The notes under the pieces: model-generated
The model's input: only the letters and a program-made list of their open reading frames with translations
What the model was told of the DNA's origin: nothing
Database searches by the model: none
Translations under genes and position numbers: made by a program
Source: a virus
Length of the DNA: 64,000 nt
Virus record (IMG/VR): IMGVR_UViG_3300044614_002195
Coordinates: 134,290 to 198,289 of that record
Strand: one strand, 5' to 3'
In this document: one piece after another, positions 7,890-15,823 of the stretch
Position numbering within the stretch: position 1 is the first letter of the stretch
Layout of the letters: each line of letters opens with the position of its first letter

Positions 7890-9012
7890 ACTCGCAACAC
7901 TGTATAAGCTGACATCGACAGGAGCCACGCAAGAATGGACTATCTTCTCTGAGGATGGTTCTTTCTGGACTGTAAGCGGCCAGACGGACGGTAAGAAAGT
8001 TACTAGCGCAAAAACAAATTGTGCTGGCAAAAACGTAGGCAGAAAGAATGCCACTACTCCCAATGAGCAAGCATTAAGAGAGGCACAGGCTAGATGGCAA
8101 AAGAAGAAAGATGAAGGTTATGTAGAGGACATCAAAGATATTGATGTGGTGGATGACAGGGTTGATCCTATGCTCGCGAAGAACTATGAAGATTATAGTT
8201 CAGAGTTAGAGTTTCCTGTGTACTCTCAACCTAAGCTTGACGGCTTGCGTTGTATCGTTACAAGGCAGGGAGCGTTCAGTCGCAAATGGAAGCCATTTAC
8301 AACGCTTCAACATATCAGAGACGCTTTGCAGCCTATCTTTGATAAGTATCCAATGGTGCAGGCGTTTGACGGTGAGATGTACTCGCATGCTCTAAATGAT
8401 AACTTTGAGGAGATTGTAAGTATCGTCAAGCAACCTAAAGCTACAGCTGAAGACATTGAAAAATGTAAGCGGATGGTGCAGTATCATGTCTATGACTATG
8501 TACCATCCAACGATCTTGCTGACCTCATATTTAAAACGAGAGATCTTGATCTAAGTGTGATGATTCCTAAAGATAGTGAGCATCTGAAGCTAGTCAAAAC
8601 CAAAATGATTTGGAATAGGGAAGAGCTAGATGAAGAGTATCAATGGTATATGGTTGACGGATACGAAGGCCAGATGATCAGAGCAGATGCTCCATACCAA
8701 CAGAAGAGAACAAAGTATCTACTAAAGCGCAAAGACTTTGTAGATGAGGAGTTCTTGATTGTCGGATATAAAGAGGGTAAAGGTAATAGAGAAGGCTGCA
8801 TTACACTCAGATTGTCTACCAAAGATGGTAAAGAATTTGACTCTGTTCCTGTAGGTGGAGTTGAATACCTTCAGCATCTGTGGGAAAAGCGTATACTACT
8901 TCCAGGGTTGTACGCTACTGTGAAGTATCAAAACCTCAGTACTGATGGAATACCGAGGTTCAACAATACCATCAAATTCAGAAACGCAATTGGAGAAGAC
9001 GTAGTAATATGA
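7882..9012 (+). CDS. ATP-dependent DNA ligase with WGR-like N-terminus
   Basis: PMLAK, QPKLDGLRC, FDGEMY, YHVYD, YEGQMIR, LLKRKDF, OB-fold tail ending GIPRF. Confidence 0.92.
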   Translation: MNKLATLYKLTSTGATQEWTIFSEDGSFWTVSGQTDGKKVTSAKTNCAGKNVGRKNATTPNEQALREAQARWQKKKDEGYVEDIKDIDVVDDRVDPMLAKNYEDYSSELEFPVYSQPKLDGLRCIVTRQGAFSRKWKPFTTLQHIRDALQPIFDKYPMVQAFDGEMYSHALNDNFEEIVSIVKQPKATAEDIEKCKRMVQYHVYDYVPSNDLADLIFKTRDLDLSVMIPKDSEHLKLVKTKMIWNREELDEEYQWYMVDGYEGQMIRADAPYQQKRTKYLLKRKDFVDEEFLIVGYKEGKGNREGCITLRLSTKDGKEFDSVPVGGVEYLQHLWEKRILLPGLYATVKYQNLSTDGIPRFNNTIKFRNAIGEDVVI

Positions 9013-9869
9013 GTAAAATTATTGTATTAAGAGGACTACCGGCCTCAGGTAAAAGCACCTGGGCCAAAGACTATATCAGTAGGAACCCTAAGACCTCTAG
9101 GGTAAATAAAGATGATTTGAGAGCAATGCTCCATAATAGTCAGTGGAGTCAAGAAAACGAAGAGCTAGTACTAGATATTCGTGACAGTATCATCATATCA
9201 ACGCTTAATCATAATTATGATGTCATTGTGGATGATACTAACTTTGCTGCAAAGCACGTAACCACCATTCAAGAGCTGGCAGGAGATTGGAATGCGGAAT
9301 TTGAGGTTAAGGACTTTGATGTTCCTCTTGATGTATGTCTTGAGAGAAACAGAAAGAGAGACAGCAGCGTACCAGACAAAGTTATCATTGATATGTACGA
9401 AAAATACGTACTACCAAAGAAAGAAAAGGTGGTGCAGACACCTGGTAAAACAAAATGTGTGATCGTGGACCTTGACGGCACACTAGCTATACATAATAGA
9501 GACCCGTTTGATATTGGAAAGTGCGGAACGGATAAACCTAACGCACCTGTGCTTAATGCTATAAAAGCACTAAGTCAGTTTGGATACAGGCTAATCTTTT
9601 TAACAGGGAGAGAAAATTCTTTCAGACCGCAAACAGAGAAGTGGCTAAAAGAAGTCTGCCAAGTAGACTTGTTTGCTCCGTGGTATATGCTATATATGCG
9701 CCCTACGGGTGACAATCGCAAAGACAGTTTAGTTAAAGAAGAAATTCTAAGAAATGAAATTCTCCCTAATTACTACGTCGAGTTTGCGCTAGACGATAGA
9801 CAGCAAGTGGTAGACCATCTCAGAGGGATGGGACTTACCGTATTTCAAGTAGCACCAGGAAATTATTAA
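9009..9869 (+). CDS. pseT: Polynucleotide 5'-kinase/3'-phosphatase (T4 Pnk-like)
   Basis: RGLPASGKSTWA, RVNKDDLR kinase; VDLDGTL HAD phosphatase; DDRQQVV. Confidence 0.9.
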   Translation: MSKIIVLRGLPASGKSTWAKDYISRNPKTSRVNKDDLRAMLHNSQWSQENEELVLDIRDSIIISTLNHNYDVIVDDTNFAAKHVTTIQELAGDWNAEFEVKDFDVPLDVCLERNRKRDSSVPDKVIIDMYEKYVLPKKEKVVQTPGKTKCVIVDLDGTLAIHNRDPFDIGKCGTDKPNAPVLNAIKALSQFGYRLIFLTGRENSFRPQTEKWLKEVCQVDLFAPWYMLYMRPTGDNRKDSLVKEEILRNEILPNYYVEFALDDRQQVVDHLRGMGLTVFQVAPGNY

Positions 9870-9870
9870 T

Positions 9871-10467
9871 ATGGGAATGTTCGACACACTGTTAGTTCAT
9901 AAAAGCATAATTTTTCCCTTGTTGGAGGGAGAAGAGCTATTGAAAGAAAATTGGCGTGCAGACGTAGAAGATTGTCTGCATTTTCAGACTAAAGATCTGG
10001 AAAACTTTATGTGGTTATACAAGATAGGAGAAGACCACAAAGTATGGCGAGAGGTGCACGAATACATTGAAGATCCAGAGTGCAAATTTGGTATGCGTCA
10101 CGAAAGGCTACCTGATGAGCGCTGCGAAAAGCTAAATGCTTACATCAATTTCTATGACATGATTCGCCATATTGGCGAAGATGAAGTATGGATTGAGTTT
10201 GAAGGGCATATATTGAATGGGCAGCTAGCCGAAGTTTCTTTAGTAAAATTAGAGAAAACAAACATGGCTTATAAGGAAGCTGAAATACAAAAGCAGCAGT
10301 TACGCTGGGACAAGATTAGAAACACATATAGTTGGAGAGCGTTCTCAGCTATAAGTAACTTTGAGTGGAAGTTGCGTAGGTTAGTTAGACCTGTATTTAA
10401 TAAGTACGAAAACTTCCTGGATAAATTAAGAAAAGACGCAGAAAATCAATACCCACCCGAAGAATGA
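9871..10467 (+). CDS. Conserved hypothetical protein (MGMFD-type N-terminus)
   Basis: MGMFD...FQTKDLE motif pattern. Confidence 0.65.
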   Translation: MGMFDTLLVHKSIIFPLLEGEELLKENWRADVEDCLHFQTKDLENFMWLYKIGEDHKVWREVHEYIEDPECKFGMRHERLPDERCEKLNAYINFYDMIRHIGEDEVWIEFEGHILNGQLAEVSLVKLEKTNMAYKEAEIQKQQLRWDKIRNTYSWRAFSAISNFEWKLRRLVRPVFNKYENFLDKLRKDAENQYPPEE

Positions 10468-10898
10468 CACTAGTACAAGTAAGAGTTTGTGAAGCATTGG
10501 CGAAACACTATCGAGTTAAAAAGCAGGTAGTGTCGGACAGTATTAAAGAATACCTGAAAGATCTTGGTGAAGAGCATCCAGTGATAGAGGCTAGCGTAAA
10601 GGATGCTTCCTTTCGGATAGGTACGACTAAAGATACTGTAGCCTTAGGCAAGCTGTTCTTCTATAGACTGTTTATCAAGACAGACCTGTATTCAAATGCT
10701 GTAATGCTATTTGAAAACGAAGATGTAGAATGCGTGGCGTTCTATTCTGGAGGAGCATTAATGGCTATATCTGAAGCCTCGCAATATGATGGCGAAGGTG
10801 GAGTATTGCTGAGAGATTCAGACAAAACATTAGGTTATGCTATAGAGCCGATGGCTCATTACTTGAAGAGAACAAGCCCAGTATATTTTGAGGAATAA
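10464..10898 (+). CDS. Hypothetical protein
   Basis: ATG overlaps the upstream stop. Confidence 0.65.
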   Translation: MTLVQVRVCEALAKHYRVKKQVVSDSIKEYLKDLGEEHPVIEASVKDASFRIGTTKDTVALGKLFFYRLFIKTDLYSNAVMLFENEDVECVAFYSGGALMAISEASQYDGEGGVLLRDSDKTLGYAIEPMAHYLKRTSPVYFEE

Positions 10899-10967
10899 TT
10901 GGTATAATATATTGAGATACTTTGCTTTCGCAAGGTCTTAATAAATAAAACCCAAAAAAACTCAAAA
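10899..10967 (+). promoter_or_regulatory. Extended -10 promoter, 5' hairpin and A/C-rich leader
   Basis: TTGGTATAATATATTGA (identical at 22992-23008), hairpin with CTTTGC-TTTC-GCAAGG core, AAACCCAAAA leader. Confidence 0.65.
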
Positions 10968-11906
10968 ATGGTTAAAATCCAAATACCTGAAGCGTTAGAA
11001 AAATCGATAGTCAATGTTAGCGAGCAGCCTGCGCAGTCGCTTGATGCAGATAAACAGAAAGCGTATTGTGAGGCGTTGTGTGTAGATATAGCGCCAATGA
11101 TAATAGAAAGAATGGGTCAATTGCCTAAGGCGATAGACGCCGCTTTCATTATGCGCTGCACTGAAAATGAAATTCAGCGCCGCAAGACCAGCTACAGCCA
11201 GACCAACGAAGCTGAATTCAAATCCTCCATAGATAGACCTGATGTGGGTGTCATTGACCCTGCAGGAAAATTTGTGGAAAGCTATGAGCAGTTTAGGGGA
11301 ATGGTTGAAGCGTTGGGACCACTTAAAGAAGTGGCCTATAATGGCCACGACAAGAGTGATGTTATCTTGCTGCAGGCTAGATTGCCGAAAAATTATGTAG
11401 GCTCTGTTGCATGGGTGCAAAGAAGACACATCCCGCAGTTTGCCTTTGATGCGGACATGCTAGTCGAAAAAAGACTGATCAGTGGAGCTAAAGAAACATA
11501 TATGTCTCTATGCCGCAGAATTAATCCGGCTCGAACAAATCTTGATTATTACAAGATCAACAAATCTGAAATATGGAAAACATATGGGTTTGTGAACTTC
11601 AAAATCAAGAAATCGAGCCAGACAGTAATGTCGTGGTTTTGTGGCTTGGATATCGACTCAGCTCAACCTTCCGCAGCATCTCATGGATTTGTTCTCGTGG
11701 GCGCGCATTGGAAGAAAGAAAAGACACACAAAAAACACGCTATAAAGCCTGAGGCTGTTGAAACCCAATCTGCAGTCGAAGATGTGCAGCCTGTTATTAT
11801 TGAAGAGAAAATTGAGTCAAAACCTACAAAAATTAAGTTAAAAGCCAGAAGCCAGAAAAAGAAGATCGCTAAACCGGCCAACCCGTTTGAAATGATCTTT
11901 GGGTAA
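10968..11906 (+). CDS. Hypothetical protein with basic C-terminus
   Basis: 312-aa ORF behind a dedicated promoter. Confidence 0.75.
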   Translation: MVKIQIPEALEKSIVNVSEQPAQSLDADKQKAYCEALCVDIAPMIIERMGQLPKAIDAAFIMRCTENEIQRRKTSYSQTNEAEFKSSIDRPDVGVIDPAGKFVESYEQFRGMVEALGPLKEVAYNGHDKSDVILLQARLPKNYVGSVAWVQRRHIPQFAFDADMLVEKRLISGAKETYMSLCRRINPARTNLDYYKINKSEIWKTYGFVNFKIKKSSQTVMSWFCGLDIDSAQPSAASHGFVLVGAHWKKEKTHKKHAIKPEAVETQSAVEDVQPVIIEEKIESKPTKIKLKARSQKKKIAKPANPFEMIFG

Positions 11907-11962
11907 TATTATAAGCCGAACTGGGGTCCAATCCCCCATTCGGTAAACATCAATAAACACTC

Positions 11963-12289
11963 ATGAAATTAAGCATAACCATAGGAAGTTTATTTTTAGC
12001 TACGCTAGGTATAATAGGGCAAGTTACAGGCAATTCAGTAGTAAGTTTAACGTATAGTTTATTAACATGCTCGTCATTACTAGTAGTGGGTGTTGGTGGT
12101 ATTGTGAGCTATCGCAATAACGCTGACATAAGAGATATTTATAGGGAAAAAGACTTAATCCAGAAAGATAAGATTCAGAATCTTACAGAAAAACTAATTG
12201 GACTCGAAAAAGAATTAATTCTACGTGGAAAAGAAGAAAACACACAAAATATCGCCATTAATACTAGCGCTTGGAGACAAGAAAACTAG
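11963..12289 (+). CDS. Membrane protein with coiled coil
   Basis: Two N-terminal hydrophobic helices. Confidence 0.65.
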   Translation: MKLSITIGSLFLATLGIIGQVTGNSVVSLTYSLLTCSSLLVVGVGGIVSYRNNADIRDIYREKDLIQKDKIQNLTEKLIGLEKELILRGKEENTQNIAINTSAWRQEN

Positions 12290-12695
12290 GAATTTTGCAA
12301 TAACTGCAGTAGTAGCTAAAAAGCTAAGTGAAAAATACGTATATAATGCAGATTATTTTGGTGACTTTATAAAGTTTAATTTCGGAAACAGAAAAAATTG
12401 CAAAAAAGTTTATGCTCATGTGAACCCAGCCGATCCTCCTATGAGTGAAAGGGACAGGTTTATCATGCTGTATAGAAAACTTAAAAATTACAACACAGAT
12501 GAGATATATTCAAAACTGGGGTTGGAGCAAACGTCTACCAATAAAAATGCCCCTATTGAAACTAAATGGGCTTTTGAGTACAGAAAGAAATACAAGTCAT
12601 TATTGTACAAAAAAAATAACGTAATCAGCAATGAGAGAATACTCACTCCTTTGAAGTCCTTGAAAGACAAAAAGAGGTATGCTGATATGTTTTAA
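12225..12695 (+). CDS. Hypothetical basic protein
   Basis: ORF ending before a terminator; start uncertain. Confidence 0.55.
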   Translation: MEKKKTHKISPLILALGDKKTRNFAITAVVAKKLSEKYVYNADYFGDFIKFNFGNRKNCKKVYAHVNPADPPMSERDRFIMLYRKLKNYNTDEIYSKLGLEQTSTNKNAPIETKWAFEYRKKYKSLLYKKNNVISNERILTPLKSLKDKKRYADMF

Positions 12696-12720
12696 ATCGT
12701 AAATACAATAGCCATTAAAA

Positions 12721-12773
12721 AGGAAAATCCTTGGTGGGTTTTCCTTTTTTTTAGCTATCAGCTATGCTATAAT
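12721..12773 (+). terminator. Terminator + AGCTATCAG box + TATAAT
   Basis: AGGAAAATCC-TTGGT-GGGTTTTCCT, T-run, box 12753-12761, TATAAT 12768-12773. Confidence 0.75.
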
Positions 12774-12782
12774 TTTAATTAT

Positions 12783-13064
12783 ATGGAACAAGATCAAAAC
12801 TCCCGAGGTTTCACTATACCAAAAAGTTTCTTAACTCAGCTAAGTGAATACACCCGAGGGTATATGCTCTTAGTTTGTAACGAAAAAGGTGAATTGTTTG
12901 CTCACGAAACATATGACAACCCTGTGATTAAACTAGGCATAGTCAATTTTGCTGAATTACACGTAGACGCAATTCAGAAGCACATGAAGAATATTGCTCT
13001 GAAAGAAGAAGAAAGCTTCAACATCGAGGACGGCGAAGAAGGTGACGATATTGATGAAGAATAG
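12783..13064 (+). CDS. Hypothetical protein with acidic tail
   Basis: ORF 9 nt after TATAAT, convergent with the endolysin. Confidence 0.7.
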   Translation: MEQDQNSRGFTIPKSFLTQLSEYTRGYMLLVCNEKGELFAHETYDNPVIKLGIVNFAELHVDAIQKHMKNIALKEEESFNIEDGEEGDDIDEE

Positions 13065-13667
13065 CTAGGCTGACTTAAGTATCAACTCAGCCTCTCTATC
13101 TCTACGCCCTACGAGTCCGCTTGTTTTGTCCCAGAGTCTTTTCATGCTCTTGAATTGAGCTGCCATTTTGTCATAGTCTTTTGACGAGGCTATAATATTT
13201 TTAAGCTCCAGCATTTCTACTCTAGATGTACCCTTGAAAGACGTTCCACGGTTAAACACTAGAGACACTATAGCGGCCTGGGCATTTTCATGCAACTCTA
13301 CTACTCCAGGGAAAGCTCTTTCTGTAAGCTTTGTAAACTTAGGGAGAATAAATTCTTTAAATGTTTGAATAGCCTCTTCCCATGTAAAAGTTATACCCTT
13401 AAGCTTCACAGTATATTCTTTTGCACTAATACCTTTTAAGCCTCTGCCTCCACGTATTAAAGATAGCTCAGTGTTGTCAGTTAATGGTTTAAAAATCTTA
13501 TCGACCTCTTCCTCAGTATAATAGCCAATATCAATACCCACCATGGCTGTCGGACCAGATGCTCCTCCTGGCCAGGTAAAAGTGCTCTTATATACCTTTT
13601 CATAGTAGGCTCTCCCACCTGTTTCCTCATTAACAATAAACTCAATACCTTTGTCATTTAGTTTCAT
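13065..13667 (-). CDS. Endolysin, pesticin/T4-lysozyme-like muramidase
   Basis: NEE..., TWPGGASGPTAMVGIDIGY, AIVSLVFNRG, GLVGRRDREA. Start revised to MKLNDKG. Confidence 0.8.
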   Translation of the reverse strand: MKLNDKGIEFIVNEETGGRAYYEKVYKSTFTWPGGASGPTAMVGIDIGYYTEEEVDKIFKPLTDNTELSLIRGGRGLKGISAKEYTVKLKGITFTWEEAIQTFKEFILPKFTKLTERAFPGVVELHENAQAAIVSLVFNRGTSFKGTSRVEMLELKNIIASSKDYDKMAAQFKSMKRLWDKTSGLVGRRDREAELILKSA

Positions 13668-14094
13668 CTTCAATCTCCAGTGTATAGTCGCCTTCTTTTT
13701 CGTTTGTAATCTTACGTTCAGTAATATCCACAACTTCAACTTTAGCCTCCAAAGAAGCGTTGCTGGTACTATTGTACTTAACGTCCACAATAGCCTGACC
13801 TCCCAGGTAGACAGCCATTATCGCCGCGAACACCTCAACTGTTTTTGTAAATATGGTCGGGTATACTGCTAGTAACGCAGGATTATGTTCTAAAAGAAAC
13901 AGTAACCCTATGCTGGAGATATAGAATATCGCCAGAATAATGAAACCAGAAAAAGCTGCAAAAAACTTTTTACTCGTTAAGTGGTTGGTGTTGGCGATGT
14001 CAGGATTCTGTTCTGGACAAACTCCTGGAGGTGTAACACCATTCTGCAGAAATGCTGCAGCGTTTTTAGTTATATTAAGTAATGATTTAAACAT
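13654..14094 (-). CDS. Putative holin
   Basis: Two transmembrane helices, acidic C-tail, directly upstream of the endolysin. Confidence 0.55.
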   Translation of the reverse strand: MFKSLLNITKNAAAFLQNGVTPPGVCPEQNPDIANTNHLTSKKFFAAFSGFIILAIFYISSIGLLFLLEHNPALLAVYPTIFTKTVEVFAAIMAVYLGGQAIVDVKYNSTSNASLEAKVEVVDITERKITNEKEGDYTLEIEDETK

Positions 14095-14095
14095 A

Positions 14096-14614
14096 TTAAA
14101 AATAAAATTTAATAAACATGTACCCTGCCGTGAAAGCCCCGAAGGGTCCAAGTAGATGTACAATTGGCCCCCAAGGACCTGCAACGGCTAACATTGAGGT
14201 TACCGAAGAGCCAAATTTAATATATAGCAAAGCTAGAAAGGCCCCAGCCAGATAACCCATAATAGCTTTAATTCTATCATACTTATCAGCTGTTTTTTGA
14301 TGGGCCGTTTTTTCATTAACAACACGCTGCTCTGCGCTAGATAATAAACTGCGTATCTCTGTATTTTCTTCGTATATATGAATCTTCTCTGTTTGCTGAT
14401 TCAACGCCCAGTCTTCTAGGTCTTTAAAAGACTGCTCTATAGCTTGCTTGTCTTTACGTAATTGAATAATTCTAGCGCTAGCCTGCGTTAACTCTCCTCT
14501 TAGCTCAAGCAACTCTGCAGTTATAGATGTTTTCTGTAGCACTGGCTCCGCTGCTTTTGCTTTAAAAGATAGAATGAATAAAGCTGTAATTATAAAATAT
14601 CTAATATTCATCAT
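14096..14614 (-). CDS. Putative inner-membrane spanin-like protein
   Basis: N-terminal signal/TM, long coiled coil, C-terminal TM segments, within the lysis block. Confidence 0.45.
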   Translation of the reverse strand: MMNIRYFIITALFILSFKAKAAEPVLQKTSITAELLELRGELTQASARIIQLRKDKQAIEQSFKDLEDWALNQQTEKIHIYEENTEIRSLLSSAEQRVVNEKTAHQKTADKYDRIKAIMGYLAGAFLALLYIKFGSSVTSMLAVAGPWGPIVHLLGPFGAFTAGYMFIKFYF

Positions 14615-14811
14615 TTACCTCCTAATTCCGCAATAATTCTATCTATTCTAGATAAAGACTTATTCATTACATTGTCGAGCTCGTCAATATTTTTACCCAA
14701 AGAACCTGATGAGCCTTTTGGCGGAGTTTGCAAAGTTGGCGCGCTTCTGGGTGGCAGCGAGCTTGCGCACCCAGTTAAAAATAAAAACATTAATATGTAT
14801 ACTTTACCCAT
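14611..14811 (-). CDS. Lipoprotein, putative outer-membrane spanin
   Basis: MGKVYILMFLFLTGC lipobox followed by a Pro-rich linker. Confidence 0.55.
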   Translation of the reverse strand: MGKVYILMFLFLTGCASSLPPRSAPTLQTPPKGSSGSLGKNIDELDNVMNKSLSRIDRIIAELGGK

Positions 14812-14854
14812 TACCGAACGGTAGCATAAAACTTTAAAATTGTCCAGTGTATAC

Positions 14855-14880
14855 AAAAAAACCCGATCGGTAAGATCGGG
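14855..14880 (-). terminator. Rho-independent terminator (minus strand)
   Basis: CCCGATC-TTACC-GATCGGG followed by T7 on the minus strand. Confidence 0.8.
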
Positions 14881-14906
14881 TTATGTTTTTAATGATTTAT
14901 TAGAGG

Positions 14907-15419
14907 CTATTTTGTCTGTTTATTACTCTCTTGCTGTTTATCTATATAGATTAAAACTTTGTTAAGGTCTTCTTTTAAGCTTTGCTGTTGTTGATGCTGA
15001 CCTGAAAAATACCAAACAGCTCCTGCGAACTGAGCCAACAAGCCTATGGCTGCAGTTGCAAAAAATTTAATAACTAGATCGCGCATTTCCATATAGCTGT
15101 CTGCTGTTCGACGTAAAAAACTAAATTCTTTAACTAGTACATTTACTTGCTCAGATAATGTGGCTATAGAGCCTCTTAAACCGTTTTTACCGTCAACGCC
15201 TACGCTTATATGCATCGCGTCCCTAGCCATGTCTCTTATAGCCGCAACGGAGGTTTCAAGAGATTTAATACTTTCCCCTGTGTCATCTGAAATGTTGGAT
15301 ATTCTATGCTTTATAGCCTCGATTTCAGCATCTCTAACAAGTTTTTGTTGCTGCAATTGTATGATCGCAGCAACTGTATTAAATTCTTGATGACTTAAAT
15401 CTTCTAAATATTCCGACAT
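14907..15419 (-). CDS. Coiled-coil protein with one C-terminal TM helix
   Basis: Heptad-like region, TM segment, poly-Q. Confidence 0.65.
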   Translation of the reverse strand: MSEYLEDLSHQEFNTVAAIIQLQQQKLVRDAEIEAIKHRISNISDDTGESIKSLETSVAAIRDMARDAMHISVGVDGKNGLRGSIATLSEQVNVLVKEFSFLRRTADSYMEMRDLVIKFFATAAIGLLAQFAGAVWYFSGQHQQQQSLKEDLNKVLIYIDKQQESNKQTK

Positions 15420-15445
15420 AATCTTTACATCTATTATATTAGAAT

Positions 15446-15820
15446 TTAAGGATTTTGTCGTTTAATTATTTCAATTTTTTCTTCAGGATCCACGATTTCT
15501 TCGTCAGATATGTAGTAGTTTAACTCCTTATTGTCATAAGCAGACTTTTCAGGGATATCGTCATCCTCCTCTTGTTCTTGAGATGCCTCTTTCCTGGCAC
15601 CTCTAAAAACAGACCTTACAGAGTCATCGTAGACCTTGTCTACTAGAAGAAGCTCGCTTGTACCTACCTCTCCAAGGAAAAGTCCCTGCTTTGGTTTTGT
15701 TAGGGAATGCTCAACGCATGTCCAGAGATGCTCTGGTGTTCCCAGCATTTTTAGAGCCTCCACTCTGTCTTTTGGTATTGTTTTACCACTAACTACACAT
15801 TTATAGCTTTTATTGCTCAT
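15446..15820 (-). CDS. DksA/TraR-like zinc-finger protein
   Basis: CVVSGKTIPKDRVEAL...TCVEH resembles the DksA C4 finger (CxxCGxxIPxxRLxA); two ligands are substituted. Confidence 0.55.
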   Translation of the reverse strand: MSNKSYKCVVSGKTIPKDRVEALKMLGTPEHLWTCVEHSLTKPKQGLFLGEVGTSELLLVDKVYDDSVRSVFRGARKEASQEQEEDDDIPEKSAYDNKELNYYISDEEIVDPEEKIEIIKRQNP

Positions 15821-15823
15821 ATA

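Noticed and set aside
10090-10150. CTGATGAG...CGAAA inside a CDS
   Set aside because: Stem II is only 2 bp and stem I cannot form; the sequence is coding.
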